A DNA stretch of 47,958 nt. Source: an uncultured Candidatus Melainabacteria bacterium. Lineage in GTDB: Bacteria; Cyanobacteriota; Vampirovibrionia; LMEP-6097. The stretch spans positions 1-47,958 of the forward strand of contig CALBDR010000293.1 in the NCBI GenBank assembly GCA_937927525.1, read 5' to 3'. A program made the position numbers and the translations under genes. Position 1 is the first letter of the stretch. Each line of letters opens with the position of its first letter. Positions 1-8,343 of the stretch are shown piece after piece. The notes beneath the pieces were generated by a model. It worked only from the letters and a program-made list of their open reading frames with translations. It was not told the DNA's origin and made no database searches.

Positions 1-223
1 ACTTAAACTCCTATTTTAATTGAATACTTTATCTAGTTTAACGGGGAGGCTCCAAAGCTAAGTTGATTCAGGAAAATATTATTAATTTCAAGATATTGGA
101 TAAAGAGTCTATTAATCATATAGAAAATTTTGGAAGGCAAGGTTCTTATGAAGAATTTCTAAAATTTGCCACATTGTTGAAGAGCAGATTAAACTTTATA
201 TCAAAGCCAGAACAAAAATTTGT

Positions 224-427
224 TTAATAATACCTATACTCATCTTTTCTTTCAGCTTTACCAAAAAACTTCTTCAAGAAAGGCTCTGATTCTTTAAATT
301 TATGTTTATCAACTTGGTAAAAAGCATTGAAAATAAAGCCAATAAAAATTGACATAACGCCACACATAACAACTAGAAAAACTAAACCCTCAAAGATAGT
401 ATCGACTTTACCTTCAATTTCAAACAT
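224..427 (-). CDS. hypothetical small membrane protein (67 aa)
   Basis: ORF with one clear hydrophobic span (VFLVVMCGVMSIFIGFIF). It overlaps the upstream ORF by 8 nt, suggesting coupling. No recognisable family. Confidence 0.35.
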   Translation of the reverse strand: MFEIEGKVDTIFEGLVFLVVMCGVMSIFIGFIFNAFYQVDKHKFKESEPFLKKFFGKAERKDEYRYY

Positions 428-662
428 TTGAACTCTCCTTATTATATTTTTCCATAGACGTATACCCCCCTTCTATCATACAAGATCCAATATAAATCAA
501 CAATACAGATCCTAGAAAGCTCCAGCTAAAAAGAAGGGAAATATTATTTTCAATAAAAGCTAGAAGAACCATTTTCCCAAAAGGCACACAAAGAGCTATC
601 CCTAGTATCTTTAATACTTCAGCTCGATATTTTATATGCTCAGGAACGGGATTACTCACCAT
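420..662 (-). CDS. hypothetical membrane protein (80 aa)
   Basis: ORF with two hydrophobic segments, downstream of lysS on the same strand. A TTGACC-N17-TAATTA promoter-like sequence lies upstream. No recognisable family. Confidence 0.4.
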   Translation of the reverse strand: MVSNPVPEHIKYRAEVLKILGIALCVPFGKMVLLAFIENNISLLFSWSFLGSVLLIYIGSCMIEGGYTSMEKYNKESSNV

Positions 663-745
663 TCTAATTTTGACTAATTAATCTAAAAATTTTTAGGGGT
701 CAAAATTCCGAAAGTTAAAATTCCGTAAATTATAGCAAGCCTAAA

Positions 746-2194
746 TTAAACCTGAGGCTTCATAGTAGGAAACGCAATAATATCTCGAATAGAAGCAGCA
801 TCAGTTAAAAACATAGCAAGTCTATCTATCCCAAGTCCCATTCCACCAGTGGGAGGCAAGCCATACTCTAAAGCTGTGATGAAATCTTGATCATAGATAT
901 GAGCTTCTTCATCACCTTCTTCTCTTTGCTTACCTTGCATTAAGAATCTTTCTTTCTGGTCAAGTGGATCAGTAAGCTCAGTAAAAGCATTTGCTGTCTC
1001 ACGACCATAAATAAACAATTCGAACCTTTCAACAAAACCAGCCTCACGCTTAGCCTTATCTCTATGTCTTTTAGCAAGTGGAGATATTTCCACTGGATAA
1101 TCGTATATAAAAGTAGGCTGGATCAAAGTTTCTTCGACATGAGCTTCAAAAGCTTCATTCAATTCAACGCCGAAAAGTTCTTTACCAGTAGCTTTCTTCA
1201 CAGCTTCCTGCATTGAAATTCTTTCAAATGTTTGTGAAAAATCAATTTCAGTACCTTGATATTCAAAATTCAGCTTACCTAAAACTTTTTCACAAACATA
1301 TTTAAGCATTCCTTCTGTCAAATCCATCATGCCTGTAACATCTGTATAAGCTTGATAAAGCTCAATACTAGTAAATTCAGGGTTATGCTTTATACTGATA
1401 CCTTCATTTCTAAAGATTCTGCCTATCTCATAAACTCTTTCAAAACCACCAATTACAAGCCTTTTTAAATGTAATTCTGTAGCGATACGAAGATACATAT
1501 CCATATCTAAAGTATTATGATGGGTAATAAATGGCTTAGCAGATGCTCCACCAGCTTCAGTGTTTAAAATAGGTGTTTCTATTTCAAGAAAATCTCTTGA
1601 ATCTAAGTAATTACGAATCTCTTGAATCATCAAAGCTCTTTTTCTAAGTCTTTCTTTTGACTCTGGATTAACTATTAGGTCTAAATACCTTTGACGATAA
1701 CGTGTTTCAACATCAGCGATACCAAGTCTTCTCTTTTTACCTTCGACAATTTCAGGTAAAGGTTGAAGTGTCTTAGAAAGTAGAGTAATTTTCTCAATAT
1801 CTAGGGTTATTTCCCCCCTAGGAGTTTTTCTTATCTTACCAGTGACGCCAATGTAATCACCTTTATCAAATAAGGGTAATAATTCTTTTAATTCTTCACT
1901 GCGAGTCTTAGCGTCTGAGAATAATTGTAATTTCCCATCTTCATCATAAAGATCAACAAACATCCAATCATTTCTCTGATTATGAACTTTGCCACAAACC
2001 GAGGCTGTAAATTCAGTTCTTTCACCATCTTCAAGATCTTTGAATTTTTCTTGAATTTCACCAGTCTTATGGCTTCTTTCAAATCCATACGGGTAAGGAT
2101 CAATTCCTTTTTCTTTTAATTTATCTAACTTCTCTAACCTTTGATCTCTAAGATTAGAGCTTGACTCTACTGTACTATCTTGTGTTTTAACCAT
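746..2194 (-). CDS. lysS: lysine--tRNA ligase (class II)
   Basis: 482-aa ORF with an N-terminal OB-fold-like region and class II core motifs (FRNEGIS..HNPEFTS, ELTDP, GGMGLGIDRLAMFLT) typical of LysS. Confidence 0.95.
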   Translation of the reverse strand: MVKTQDSTVESSSNLRDQRLEKLDKLKEKGIDPYPYGFERSHKTGEIQEKFKDLEDGERTEFTASVCGKVHNQRNDWMFVDLYDEDGKLQLFSDAKTRSEELKELLPLFDKGDYIGVTGKIRKTPRGEITLDIEKITLLSKTLQPLPEIVEGKKRRLGIADVETRYRQRYLDLIVNPESKERLRKRALMIQEIRNYLDSRDFLEIETPILNTEAGGASAKPFITHHNTLDMDMYLRIATELHLKRLVIGGFERVYEIGRIFRNEGISIKHNPEFTSIELYQAYTDVTGMMDLTEGMLKYVCEKVLGKLNFEYQGTEIDFSQTFERISMQEAVKKATGKELFGVELNEAFEAHVEETLIQPTFIYDYPVEISPLAKRHRDKAKREAGFVERFELFIYGRETANAFTELTDPLDQKERFLMQGKQREEGDEEAHIYDQDFITALEYGLPPTGGMGLGIDRLAMFLTDAASIRDIIAFPTMKPQV

Positions 2195-2684
2195 TATCTA
2201 ACGCTACTACTATACTAGGCTTTCCTTTAACTATACCAATTCCTGTAACTACAAACGCTCCCATCATCGGCTCTAGCTCTGGCTCTTCATCAATACCAGC
2301 TCTAAATGGTTTCGCTAAAGTTGCATTAGGTTCATACCCTACAGTCCCTGGTAAATCCTGCTCTGGATCGACCAAACCGTCAATCAATTCTACTGGCTCT
2401 TTCGTAAATGGGTTAAGAATTTTTCTAGTTGCCCCCAAATCTTCAACATCATATGAAGATTCTGGAATAACTCCACCAGTATCTACTGCTGAAATTTGGA
2501 TATTAGAAGCTAAAGCCTGAACAGATGCTATAACTTGAGCGTTCTTTGCTTTATCTTGAGCTTCCATTAAATTCGGAATAGCAATGGTAGCTAAAATACC
2601 GATAATAATGACTACAACCATCAGTTCAACAAGTGTCAAACCGCTTTCGGGTCTTCTTTCAAATCGTTTAACAATTCTTAACAT
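2187..2684 (-). CDS. type IV pilin / pseudopilin-like protein (prepilin N-terminal cleavage-methylation domain)
   Basis: N-terminus MLRIVKRFERRPESG|LTLVELMVVVIIIGILATIAIPN has the prepilin leader, the invariant Glu at +5 and a hydrophobic helix. The C-terminal part is not assignable. The stop overlaps the lysS start by 8 nt. Confidence 0.8.
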   Translation of the reverse strand: MLRIVKRFERRPESGLTLVELMVVVIIIGILATIAIPNLMEAQDKAKNAQVIASVQALASNIQISAVDTGGVIPESSYDVEDLGATRKILNPFTKEPVELIDGLVDPEQDLPGTVGYEPNATLAKPFRAGIDEEPELEPMMGAFVVTGIGIVKGKPSIVVALDNG

Positions 2685-2855
2685 ATTACAGATACAATAA
2701 TAACACTTAAAGTGCTTAATATCTCTTTAGGGGGGGGAGACAATATTTAGATAAGATTCTGGGTCAATCATCAAGTTGATGCCACTTTTTATATATAATT
2801 GGGCAAGAAGTTATAAGGATCTTAATTAGTTATTGAAGATTAGGAAAGGGAAAAA

Positions 2856-3419
2856 ATGAATTCAAAATCAGTTGTAACACTGGACGTGATTAGTAATAGG
2901 TTAGATGCTATTGAATCCAAGATTGAAGCAAATTTTAAAAGTATAGGTTCACAGTTAAAAGAGCACACCAGAGCTCTTGCTTTTATTTCTCAAACCCTTG
3001 GCAAGACTGATTTAGTTGGTACATTGCCAAAAAGTACTTCAGATGCAATCGACGAAGTTGCAGATACCAGAACTCAGTATGAGAAATTAAGGGAAGAATT
3101 GTTTCTAAGTATGAATCTTGAGCTTAACGAAGAAAATAAGCGAAGTCCTATGGGTAAGGAGGTAGATGAATTCTTAACAAGAATGAGGCTGACATTCCTT
3201 AAGAGCAGACTTAATATTGCAGATGCACAGCCGTCAAAATTAATCCATGTCATGACCAGTAAATTCCCAAATGTCATGACTAATTTTGAAAGAATAGATA
3301 TGAAAGAAAAAGATTTGATTAAACAAATTAATGGCTTATTTACAGGCAATATTTATCAAGGTACTTACACCAAAGATTTAATCAAGAATATGTATAACAT
3401 TCTTTTAAACTGGGGATAG
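2856..3419 (+). CDS. hypothetical protein (187 aa, helical)
   Basis: ORF with an AGGAAAGGG Shine-Dalgarno-like sequence upstream of the ATG, divergent from the pilin gene. No recognisable motif. Confidence 0.5.
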   Translation: MNSKSVVTLDVISNRLDAIESKIEANFKSIGSQLKEHTRALAFISQTLGKTDLVGTLPKSTSDAIDEVADTRTQYEKLREELFLSMNLELNEENKRSPMGKEVDEFLTRMRLTFLKSRLNIADAQPSKLIHVMTSKFPNVMTNFERIDMKEKDLIKQINGLFTGNIYQGTYTKDLIKNMYNILLNWG

Positions 3420-3426
3420 AGAGACT

Positions 3427-4215
3427 TTATCTACCTTTACTTGAATAATAATCAGCAATTCTATTAAAGGATAAGCTGGTTAAAAAAATTAATAGTGCTG
3501 GAAATAATAAAAGCATAGGATTAGTTCTTATATACTGAAAAGAATCACCAGCAATGGTTCCCCAGCTAGTATTAGGGGGAGAAATACCAAGCCCAATAAA
3601 ACTCAAGGTACTTTCAGAAAGAATCGCACGAGGTAAAGTAAAACCAAGGCTTACTAAAATAAGAGTAGCAGCATTCGGAATTAAGTGCCTAGTAATAATT
3701 CCCCAGTGACTTAAACCTATTAAATAAGAGGCTTTTATAAATTCATCTTCTTTTAGTCGAATTAGTTCAGACCTAGTAATTCTAGCTATTTCCATCCAGT
3801 TAATAAAAGCAAGACCTATGACAATCGCTCCTGAGGAGCGAGAAAACATCAAAGAAATAATACTTAAAACTAAAAGATCAGGTAAAGAATAAATAAAATC
3901 GATAAATCTTAAAATAAGGAAATCGACTTTACCACCGATGTAGGCTGCACAAGCAGCAAGGCTAACCCCGATAATTAAAGCTATTGCTGCTGTAGAAAAG
4001 GCTATAGACAAACTAGTTTGTGCACCTCTAATAAGTCTTACTAAAATATCTCGCCCTAAAGCATCAGTTCCTAAAAAGTGAATTAAGCTCGGTGGATCTA
4101 AAATTTCATTAATATTAATGCTTACATGGTCATAAATAAAGACATTCGGAAAGAACGCATAGAATAGAGATGCACAGCTAATAAATATTAAAAAACTTAT
4201 AGATAGTATTAGCAA
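3427..4215 (-). CDS. ABC transporter permease, oligopeptide/dipeptide/nickel (OppC/DppC-like) family
   Basis: Has the GTDALGRDILVRLIRG motif typical of OppC/DppC N-regions, a multi-TM profile and an EAA-like loop region (SYLIGLSHWGIITRHLIPN). No partner permease, ATPase or binding protein is adjacent. Confidence 0.8.
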   Translation of the reverse strand: MLILSISFLIFISCASLFYAFFPNVFIYDHVSININEILDPPSLIHFLGTDALGRDILVRLIRGAQTSLSIAFSTAAIALIIGVSLAACAAYIGGKVDFLILRFIDFIYSLPDLLVLSIISLMFSRSSGAIVIGLAFINWMEIARITRSELIRLKEDEFIKASYLIGLSHWGIITRHLIPNAATLILVSLGFTLPRAILSESTLSFIGLGISPPNTSWGTIAGDSFQYIRTNPMLLLFPALLIFLTSLSFNRIADYYSSKGR

Positions 4216-4234
4216 ATTAATCTTATTATAGCAA

Positions 4235-5215
4235 TCAAATTGTTGGCAGTGGGAAACGTGTTTTTTCTTCTATTACCTCTAAAGTTTTAATTAAATTACA
4301 AGTGTAGTATTCACTACTGCCATCATCTTCAGAGTGAGTATAATTAGGGTCAGAAACTAGCTTCCTAATCAAAACATCAATCAATTTTTCTGGTGCAGAA
4401 GCACCAGAACTTATACCAATAGTGATATCAGAAATATCCCCCATCTCTTCTAACACATTAAATGAATCAGGATCTGAAACGAGATTAACTTTCTTATTTG
4501 CTTTTTCTGCAAGCTCTACCAGCCTGAGAGTATTTGAAGAATTATTGCTACCGATAATTAAAATATGATCACAGTGTTGAATTAATTCTTTTACTGCATC
4601 TTGACGGTTTTGAGTAGCGTAACAGATGTCATCAGCTTTAGGGAATTGGATATTCGTAAATTTTTCTTTTAAGCTAGTTGTAATTTCTGATGTGTCATCA
4701 ACAGATAGTGTTGTTTGAGTACATACAACTACATCAGAATCCCTTTCCAGATTAAGATTCCCAACATCCAAACTATCTTCAACCAGATAAATATTGTCTT
4801 TAGCATATCCCATAGCGCCAATTACCTCTTGGTGTCCCTTATGACCAATATAAACAATATTTTTATTTTGCTTTACAGCTTTATGGATTTCTTTATGGAC
4901 TTTAGTGACTAAAGGGCAAACCGCATCAATAAAGAATATTCCTCTTTCTCTAGCAGCTTGAATTACAGCTGGATCGGTACCATGAGCTGAGAAAATCAAT
5001 TTAGCATTATCTGGAACCTCACTGAGTTTTTCGATAAACATCACCCCCCTGTCTTTAAAATCATTAACAACATGATGGTTGTGCACAATTTCATGGCGGA
5101 CATGAATAGGCGCTCCATATATCTCTAAAGCTTTATCAACGATATCGATAGCTCGGTCAACCCCAGCACAAAAGCCCCTAGGGCTTGCAAGTATAATTTG
5201 TCTAGGTTTTTTCAC
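4235..5215 (-). CDS. ispH: 4-hydroxy-3-methylbut-2-enyl diphosphate reductase
   Basis: LytB/IspH motifs: ASPRGFCAGVDRAI, HEIVHN, FSAHG, CPLVTKVH, ICYATQNRQ, SNNSSN. GTG start. Confidence 0.93.
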   Translation of the reverse strand: MKKPRQIILASPRGFCAGVDRAIDIVDKALEIYGAPIHVRHEIVHNHHVVNDFKDRGVMFIEKLSEVPDNAKLIFSAHGTDPAVIQAARERGIFFIDAVCPLVTKVHKEIHKAVKQNKNIVYIGHKGHQEVIGAMGYAKDNIYLVEDSLDVGNLNLERDSDVVVCTQTTLSVDDTSEITTSLKEKFTNIQFPKADDICYATQNRQDAVKELIQHCDHILIIGSNNSSNTLRLVELAEKANKKVNLVSDPDSFNVLEEMGDISDITIGISSGASAPEKLIDVLIRKLVSDPNYTHSEDDGSSEYYTCNLIKTLEVIEEKTRFPLPTI

Positions 5216-5252
5216 AGAATTAATAGTACTATCTGAAATACGGGAGAGTAAA

Positions 5253-6203
5253 GTGCAAGACTTTATATTATTTAAAAACTTACTATTAAAGATACTACCA
5301 CTCTATCTAATTACTTTAATCGGCTATATAAGTGGTAAATTCCTCGAGATTGATAGAAAAAGCATAGCTTTAGTAATTATGTACATTATTGCTCCTGTAG
5401 TTTTTTTTACTGGAATCGCCCATGATAATATCCCTATAAAAAACCTCACTATATCCGCCTTCGTATTTTCAACCTGCGCAATTCTTGCTTTGATTTTTTT
5501 AGGCTTAGGGTCTTTGATCTGGAAAGATTCAACAAAAAACATATTAGCCCTTTGTTCAAGTTCAGGAAATATGGGTTATTTTGGAATCCCAGTTGGTTTA
5601 GCAATATTTGGCACTAAGGCTTTAGGGACTTTAATAATGGCAATGCTTGGAATCATAATATTCCAAAACTCCTTAGCATTTTTTATTGCAGCTAATGGCA
5701 AATATAATTTTATTAAAAGCTTACAGAGAACTCTTTTAGTTCCTAATATTTATGCAGTTGCTCTTGCCTTTTGGCTAAACAGTTTCATCGACTTTAAGAA
5801 TCTTCAAGGCTTTTGGGCAAAGACTTTTGACTTAGCAAAAGATTTCACAGGTGCTTACAGTATACTTGGAATGCTTATAGTAGGCTTTAGCTTATCCCAA
5901 ATAAAAAGCATCACTGTTGATAAAAAAACTTGGCTATTTTTATCACTAAGCCTGATTGCAAAATTTATAGCTTTTCCATTATTAACATATTTATTTATCC
6001 TTGTAGATAAACATAATTTTCACTTATTTAATAATAGAATTTATAATATCTTGTTAATGCTTTCTCTAGCACCGATTCCAGCTAATGCAGTGGTAATAGC
6101 TTCAACCTTAAAACTCAATACTGACATGATTTCAATTGCAGTTTTAGTAAGCAACATCTTCGCACTTTTTCTAATACCTTTACTACTAGTGATAATTAAT
6201 TAA
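5253..6203 (+). CDS. AEC (auxin efflux carrier) family membrane transporter
   Basis: 316-aa polytopic membrane protein with about 10 hydrophobic spans. Its two-halves architecture resembles PF03547-type permeases. The assignment is by pattern only. Confidence 0.7.
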   Translation: MQDFILFKNLLLKILPLYLITLIGYISGKFLEIDRKSIALVIMYIIAPVVFFTGIAHDNIPIKNLTISAFVFSTCAILALIFLGLGSLIWKDSTKNILALCSSSGNMGYFGIPVGLAIFGTKALGTLIMAMLGIIIFQNSLAFFIAANGKYNFIKSLQRTLLVPNIYAVALAFWLNSFIDFKNLQGFWAKTFDLAKDFTGAYSILGMLIVGFSLSQIKSITVDKKTWLFLSLSLIAKFIAFPLLTYLFILVDKHNFHLFNNRIYNILLMLSLAPIPANAVVIASTLKLNTDMISIAVLVSNIFALFLIPLLLVIIN

Positions 6204-7102
6204 GGCAGTATATTTAATGCAACACTATTAATGGAGTTTGCTTGAGTTAACATTGAGCCAGCAGCATTTTGTCTAATTTGTTCTCTTGCAATTTTAGCAG
6301 TAGCTGAAGCGAGATCAGAATCATAAACACTTGACCTTAAAATTTTTGCACCTTGTGCCAAAACACTTTGAAATTGCTCTTGCGCTTGAAGTACATTCAT
6401 ATCAGAAGATGTTTCAGTTAGCATTCTTTCGACATTATTTAACATAACATCAAGATCTGCTAGAGTTCCACTTTTCCCAAATGTTAAACCATCTTCAGCA
6501 GCAACTGAATTAGAACCAATATTAAAAGCATTTAACGCAGTCAAAACTCCTTCACCAAGAGAACCATTGGCAGTACTTGAAATAGAAATTTCAACACCTC
6601 TTCCAGCTGTTCCGTTAGTCTCTAAATCTAAGCTCAGGGTATCTGAATCTTCAACACCAAAAAGTATATTAATATCTCGATTCCCACTAAATAAATCAAT
6701 ATCGTTAAAACTAGTATTCTCTGCTATCTCATTAATCACTTCAATACTTCTCACGACATCTCTTTGCATTGCGGCAAGCTCATCTTCAGCATAAGTTGAA
6801 TTTCCAGCCCTAATTGCGATTTCTTTAATATTGTTGAGTTCTTCTTTAACGGCATTAAGGCCTGAGAAGACAGTATCAACGAGAGACATACCTTGGGCAA
6901 TATTTCTTTGTGAATTATCAGTACTTCTAACTACTGTATCAATACCAGCAGCAATCGATAAACCTGCAGCATCATCACCAGGTTTATTAATTCTTAGCCC
7001 AGTACTAACTTCTTTAGTAGCTTTGCTTATATTCATACTCGTTTGATTGAAAGTACGAAGAGCTAAAGAACTAGTCATATTTGCATTTATAGAAATTGTC
7101 AT
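6200..7102 (-). CDS. flagellin (short, about 300 aa)
   Basis: N-terminal D0/D1 (GLRINKPGDDAAGLSIAAG) and C-terminal (REQIRQNAAGSMLTQANSINSVALNIL) flagellin signatures. Preceded by an AAGAGGA RBS and a sigma28 promoter. Confidence 0.9.
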   Translation of the reverse strand: MTISINANMTSSLALRTFNQTSMNISKATKEVSTGLRINKPGDDAAGLSIAAGIDTVVRSTDNSQRNIAQGMSLVDTVFSGLNAVKEELNNIKEIAIRAGNSTYAEDELAAMQRDVVRSIEVINEIAENTSFNDIDLFSGNRDINILFGVEDSDTLSLDLETNGTAGRGVEISISSTANGSLGEGVLTALNAFNIGSNSVAAEDGLTFGKSGTLADLDVMLNNVERMLTETSSDMNVLQAQEQFQSVLAQGAKILRSSVYDSDLASATAKIAREQIRQNAAGSMLTQANSINSVALNILP

Positions 7103-7125
7103 TTTGTTTCATCCTCTTACCCCCT

Positions 7126-7152
7126 TTATCGGTCAAATAGATGATTTCTTTA
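7126..7152 (-). promoter_or_regulatory. sigma28 (FliA)-type promoter of the downstream flagellin gene
   Basis: The minus strand reads TAAA-N15-aCCGATAA against the consensus TAAA-N15-GCCGATAA. It lies about 24 nt upstream of the ATG at 7102. Confidence 0.65.
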
Positions 7153-7204
7153 ACAAAAATCCTAAATAATCTAGATTATATTGACTAGGAATAGCACAAA
7201 AGGT

Positions 7205-8122
7205 CTACGGTATTAGGTTGAGAGCGATTCCGCCTTGAGAGTTAGCTTGACTTAATAAAGAAGCTGCTGAGTTTTGTACTAACTGAGACTTAATTAAATT
7301 TGAACTTTCTGCAGCAAAATCAGTATTGTAAATATTTGAATGAACTTTACTCATTCCGATAGCAAAACCTTCTTGATAATCCATACGGGAATTCAAAGCA
7401 TTTTCATAGCCACCAATCTCAGATCTCATTCTACTTACATTATCGATCATTTGATCAATATCAGCTAGTTCTATATTATCTGTACCATTTGTCGCACCAT
7501 CATATGCATTAACTGTTGTTGAACCAACATTAAATTGATCGAGTGTCATTGTTGCAGTAATTCCCTCAGTAATAGAACCTTGGTTTGAATGTGTACTACC
7601 TACACTTATTAGCACTCCAGTATTAGCAGCAAGATTAGCCTGTAAATCAAAAGTTAGTGTATCTCCATCTTCGACACCGACCTGTAAAGTCCTATTAGAA
7701 ACCCCATCTAATAAATTCATACCGCTGAAAGAAGTATTTTGAGCAATATTATCTATAATCCCAACCCTTTCAACGATTTCTCTTTGCATTGATGCCAGTT
7801 CATCTTCAGAATAAACTCCATTTTTAGCTTGCATTGAAATCTCTCGAATCCTTTGCAATTCATCTGTTACTGAACCAAGTGCTGCATCCATAGTCTGCAA
7901 CATAGACACGCCATCACCTATGTTCTTCTTGGCATTAGTAGTACTTCTTAGAAGTGTCTCAAAACCTTTTGAGATACTAAGCCCAGCAGCATCATCTGCA
8001 CCTTTATTGATCCTGATCCCTGTTGCCAACTTATTTGTTGAATCCGCAACATTTTTAGTTGAATTGTAAAATGTTCTCTGAGAAAACATTGCACTAGTAT
8101 TTGTATGTAAAGAAATTGACAT
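7205..8122 (-). CDS. flagellin (short, about 305 aa)
   Basis: Has GIRINKGADDAAGLSISKG and C-terminal LIKSQLVQNSAASLLSQANSQGGIALNLI. The ORF track begins at GTG 8131. The ATG at 8122 (MSISLHTN...) aligns with the paralog start and follows a GGGGGTGGA RBS, so it is preferred. Confidence 0.9.
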   Translation of the reverse strand: MSISLHTNTSAMFSQRTFYNSTKNVADSTNKLATGIRINKGADDAAGLSISKGFETLLRSTTNAKKNIGDGVSMLQTMDAALGSVTDELQRIREISMQAKNGVYSEDELASMQREIVERVGIIDNIAQNTSFSGMNLLDGVSNRTLQVGVEDGDTLTFDLQANLAANTGVLISVGSTHSNQGSITEGITATMTLDQFNVGSTTVNAYDGATNGTDNIELADIDQMIDNVSRMRSEIGGYENALNSRMDYQEGFAIGMSKVHSNIYNTDFAAESSNLIKSQLVQNSAASLLSQANSQGGIALNLIP

Positions 8123-8154
8123 TATTTCCACCCCCTATTCATTTGTACTAATAT

Positions 8155-8181
8155 CTATCGGCTATTTAGTCTAGATCTTTA
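8155..8181 (-). promoter_or_regulatory. sigma28 (FliA)-type promoter of the upstream flagellin gene
   Basis: The minus strand reads TAAA-N15-GCCGATAg, a near-perfect match to TAAA-N15-GCCGATAA, about 30 nt upstream of the start codon. Confidence 0.7.
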
Positions 8182-8343
8182 ATACTATTTATATTTTTTT
8201 GATTAAAGATTTTTTATATCTTTAATCAATTTTTCTTCAATAAGATATTTTCTACTTTTAGATAAACCAGAAAAATACTTAATTTAAAAAGAAGAAAACA
8301 TTGCTTTTGCTTGTGAAATAGTACCTGATAGATTACCGAAAAA

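Noticed and set aside
1888-2103. 71-aa minus-strand ORF in an alternative frame inside lysS. The same applies to embedded or antisense track ORFs at 3074-3349, 4715-4912, 5324-5542, 6567-6794, 6831-7046, 10996-11292, 14281-14622, 14875-15171, 16457-16729, 20368-20550, 21163-21354, 21457-21672, 22495-22779, 23497-23733, 23990-24337, 24389-24583, 29835-30050, 29989-30213, 33443-33772, 37990-38175, 38627-38818, 39813-40013, 42942-43139, 43301-43486 and 43805-44149.
   Set aside because: Each is wholly embedded in, or largely antisense to, a longer ORF with clear family motifs. They have low-complexity, Ser/Leu/Ile-rich translations typical of off-frame reading of AT-rich genes, and no RBS or family signal.
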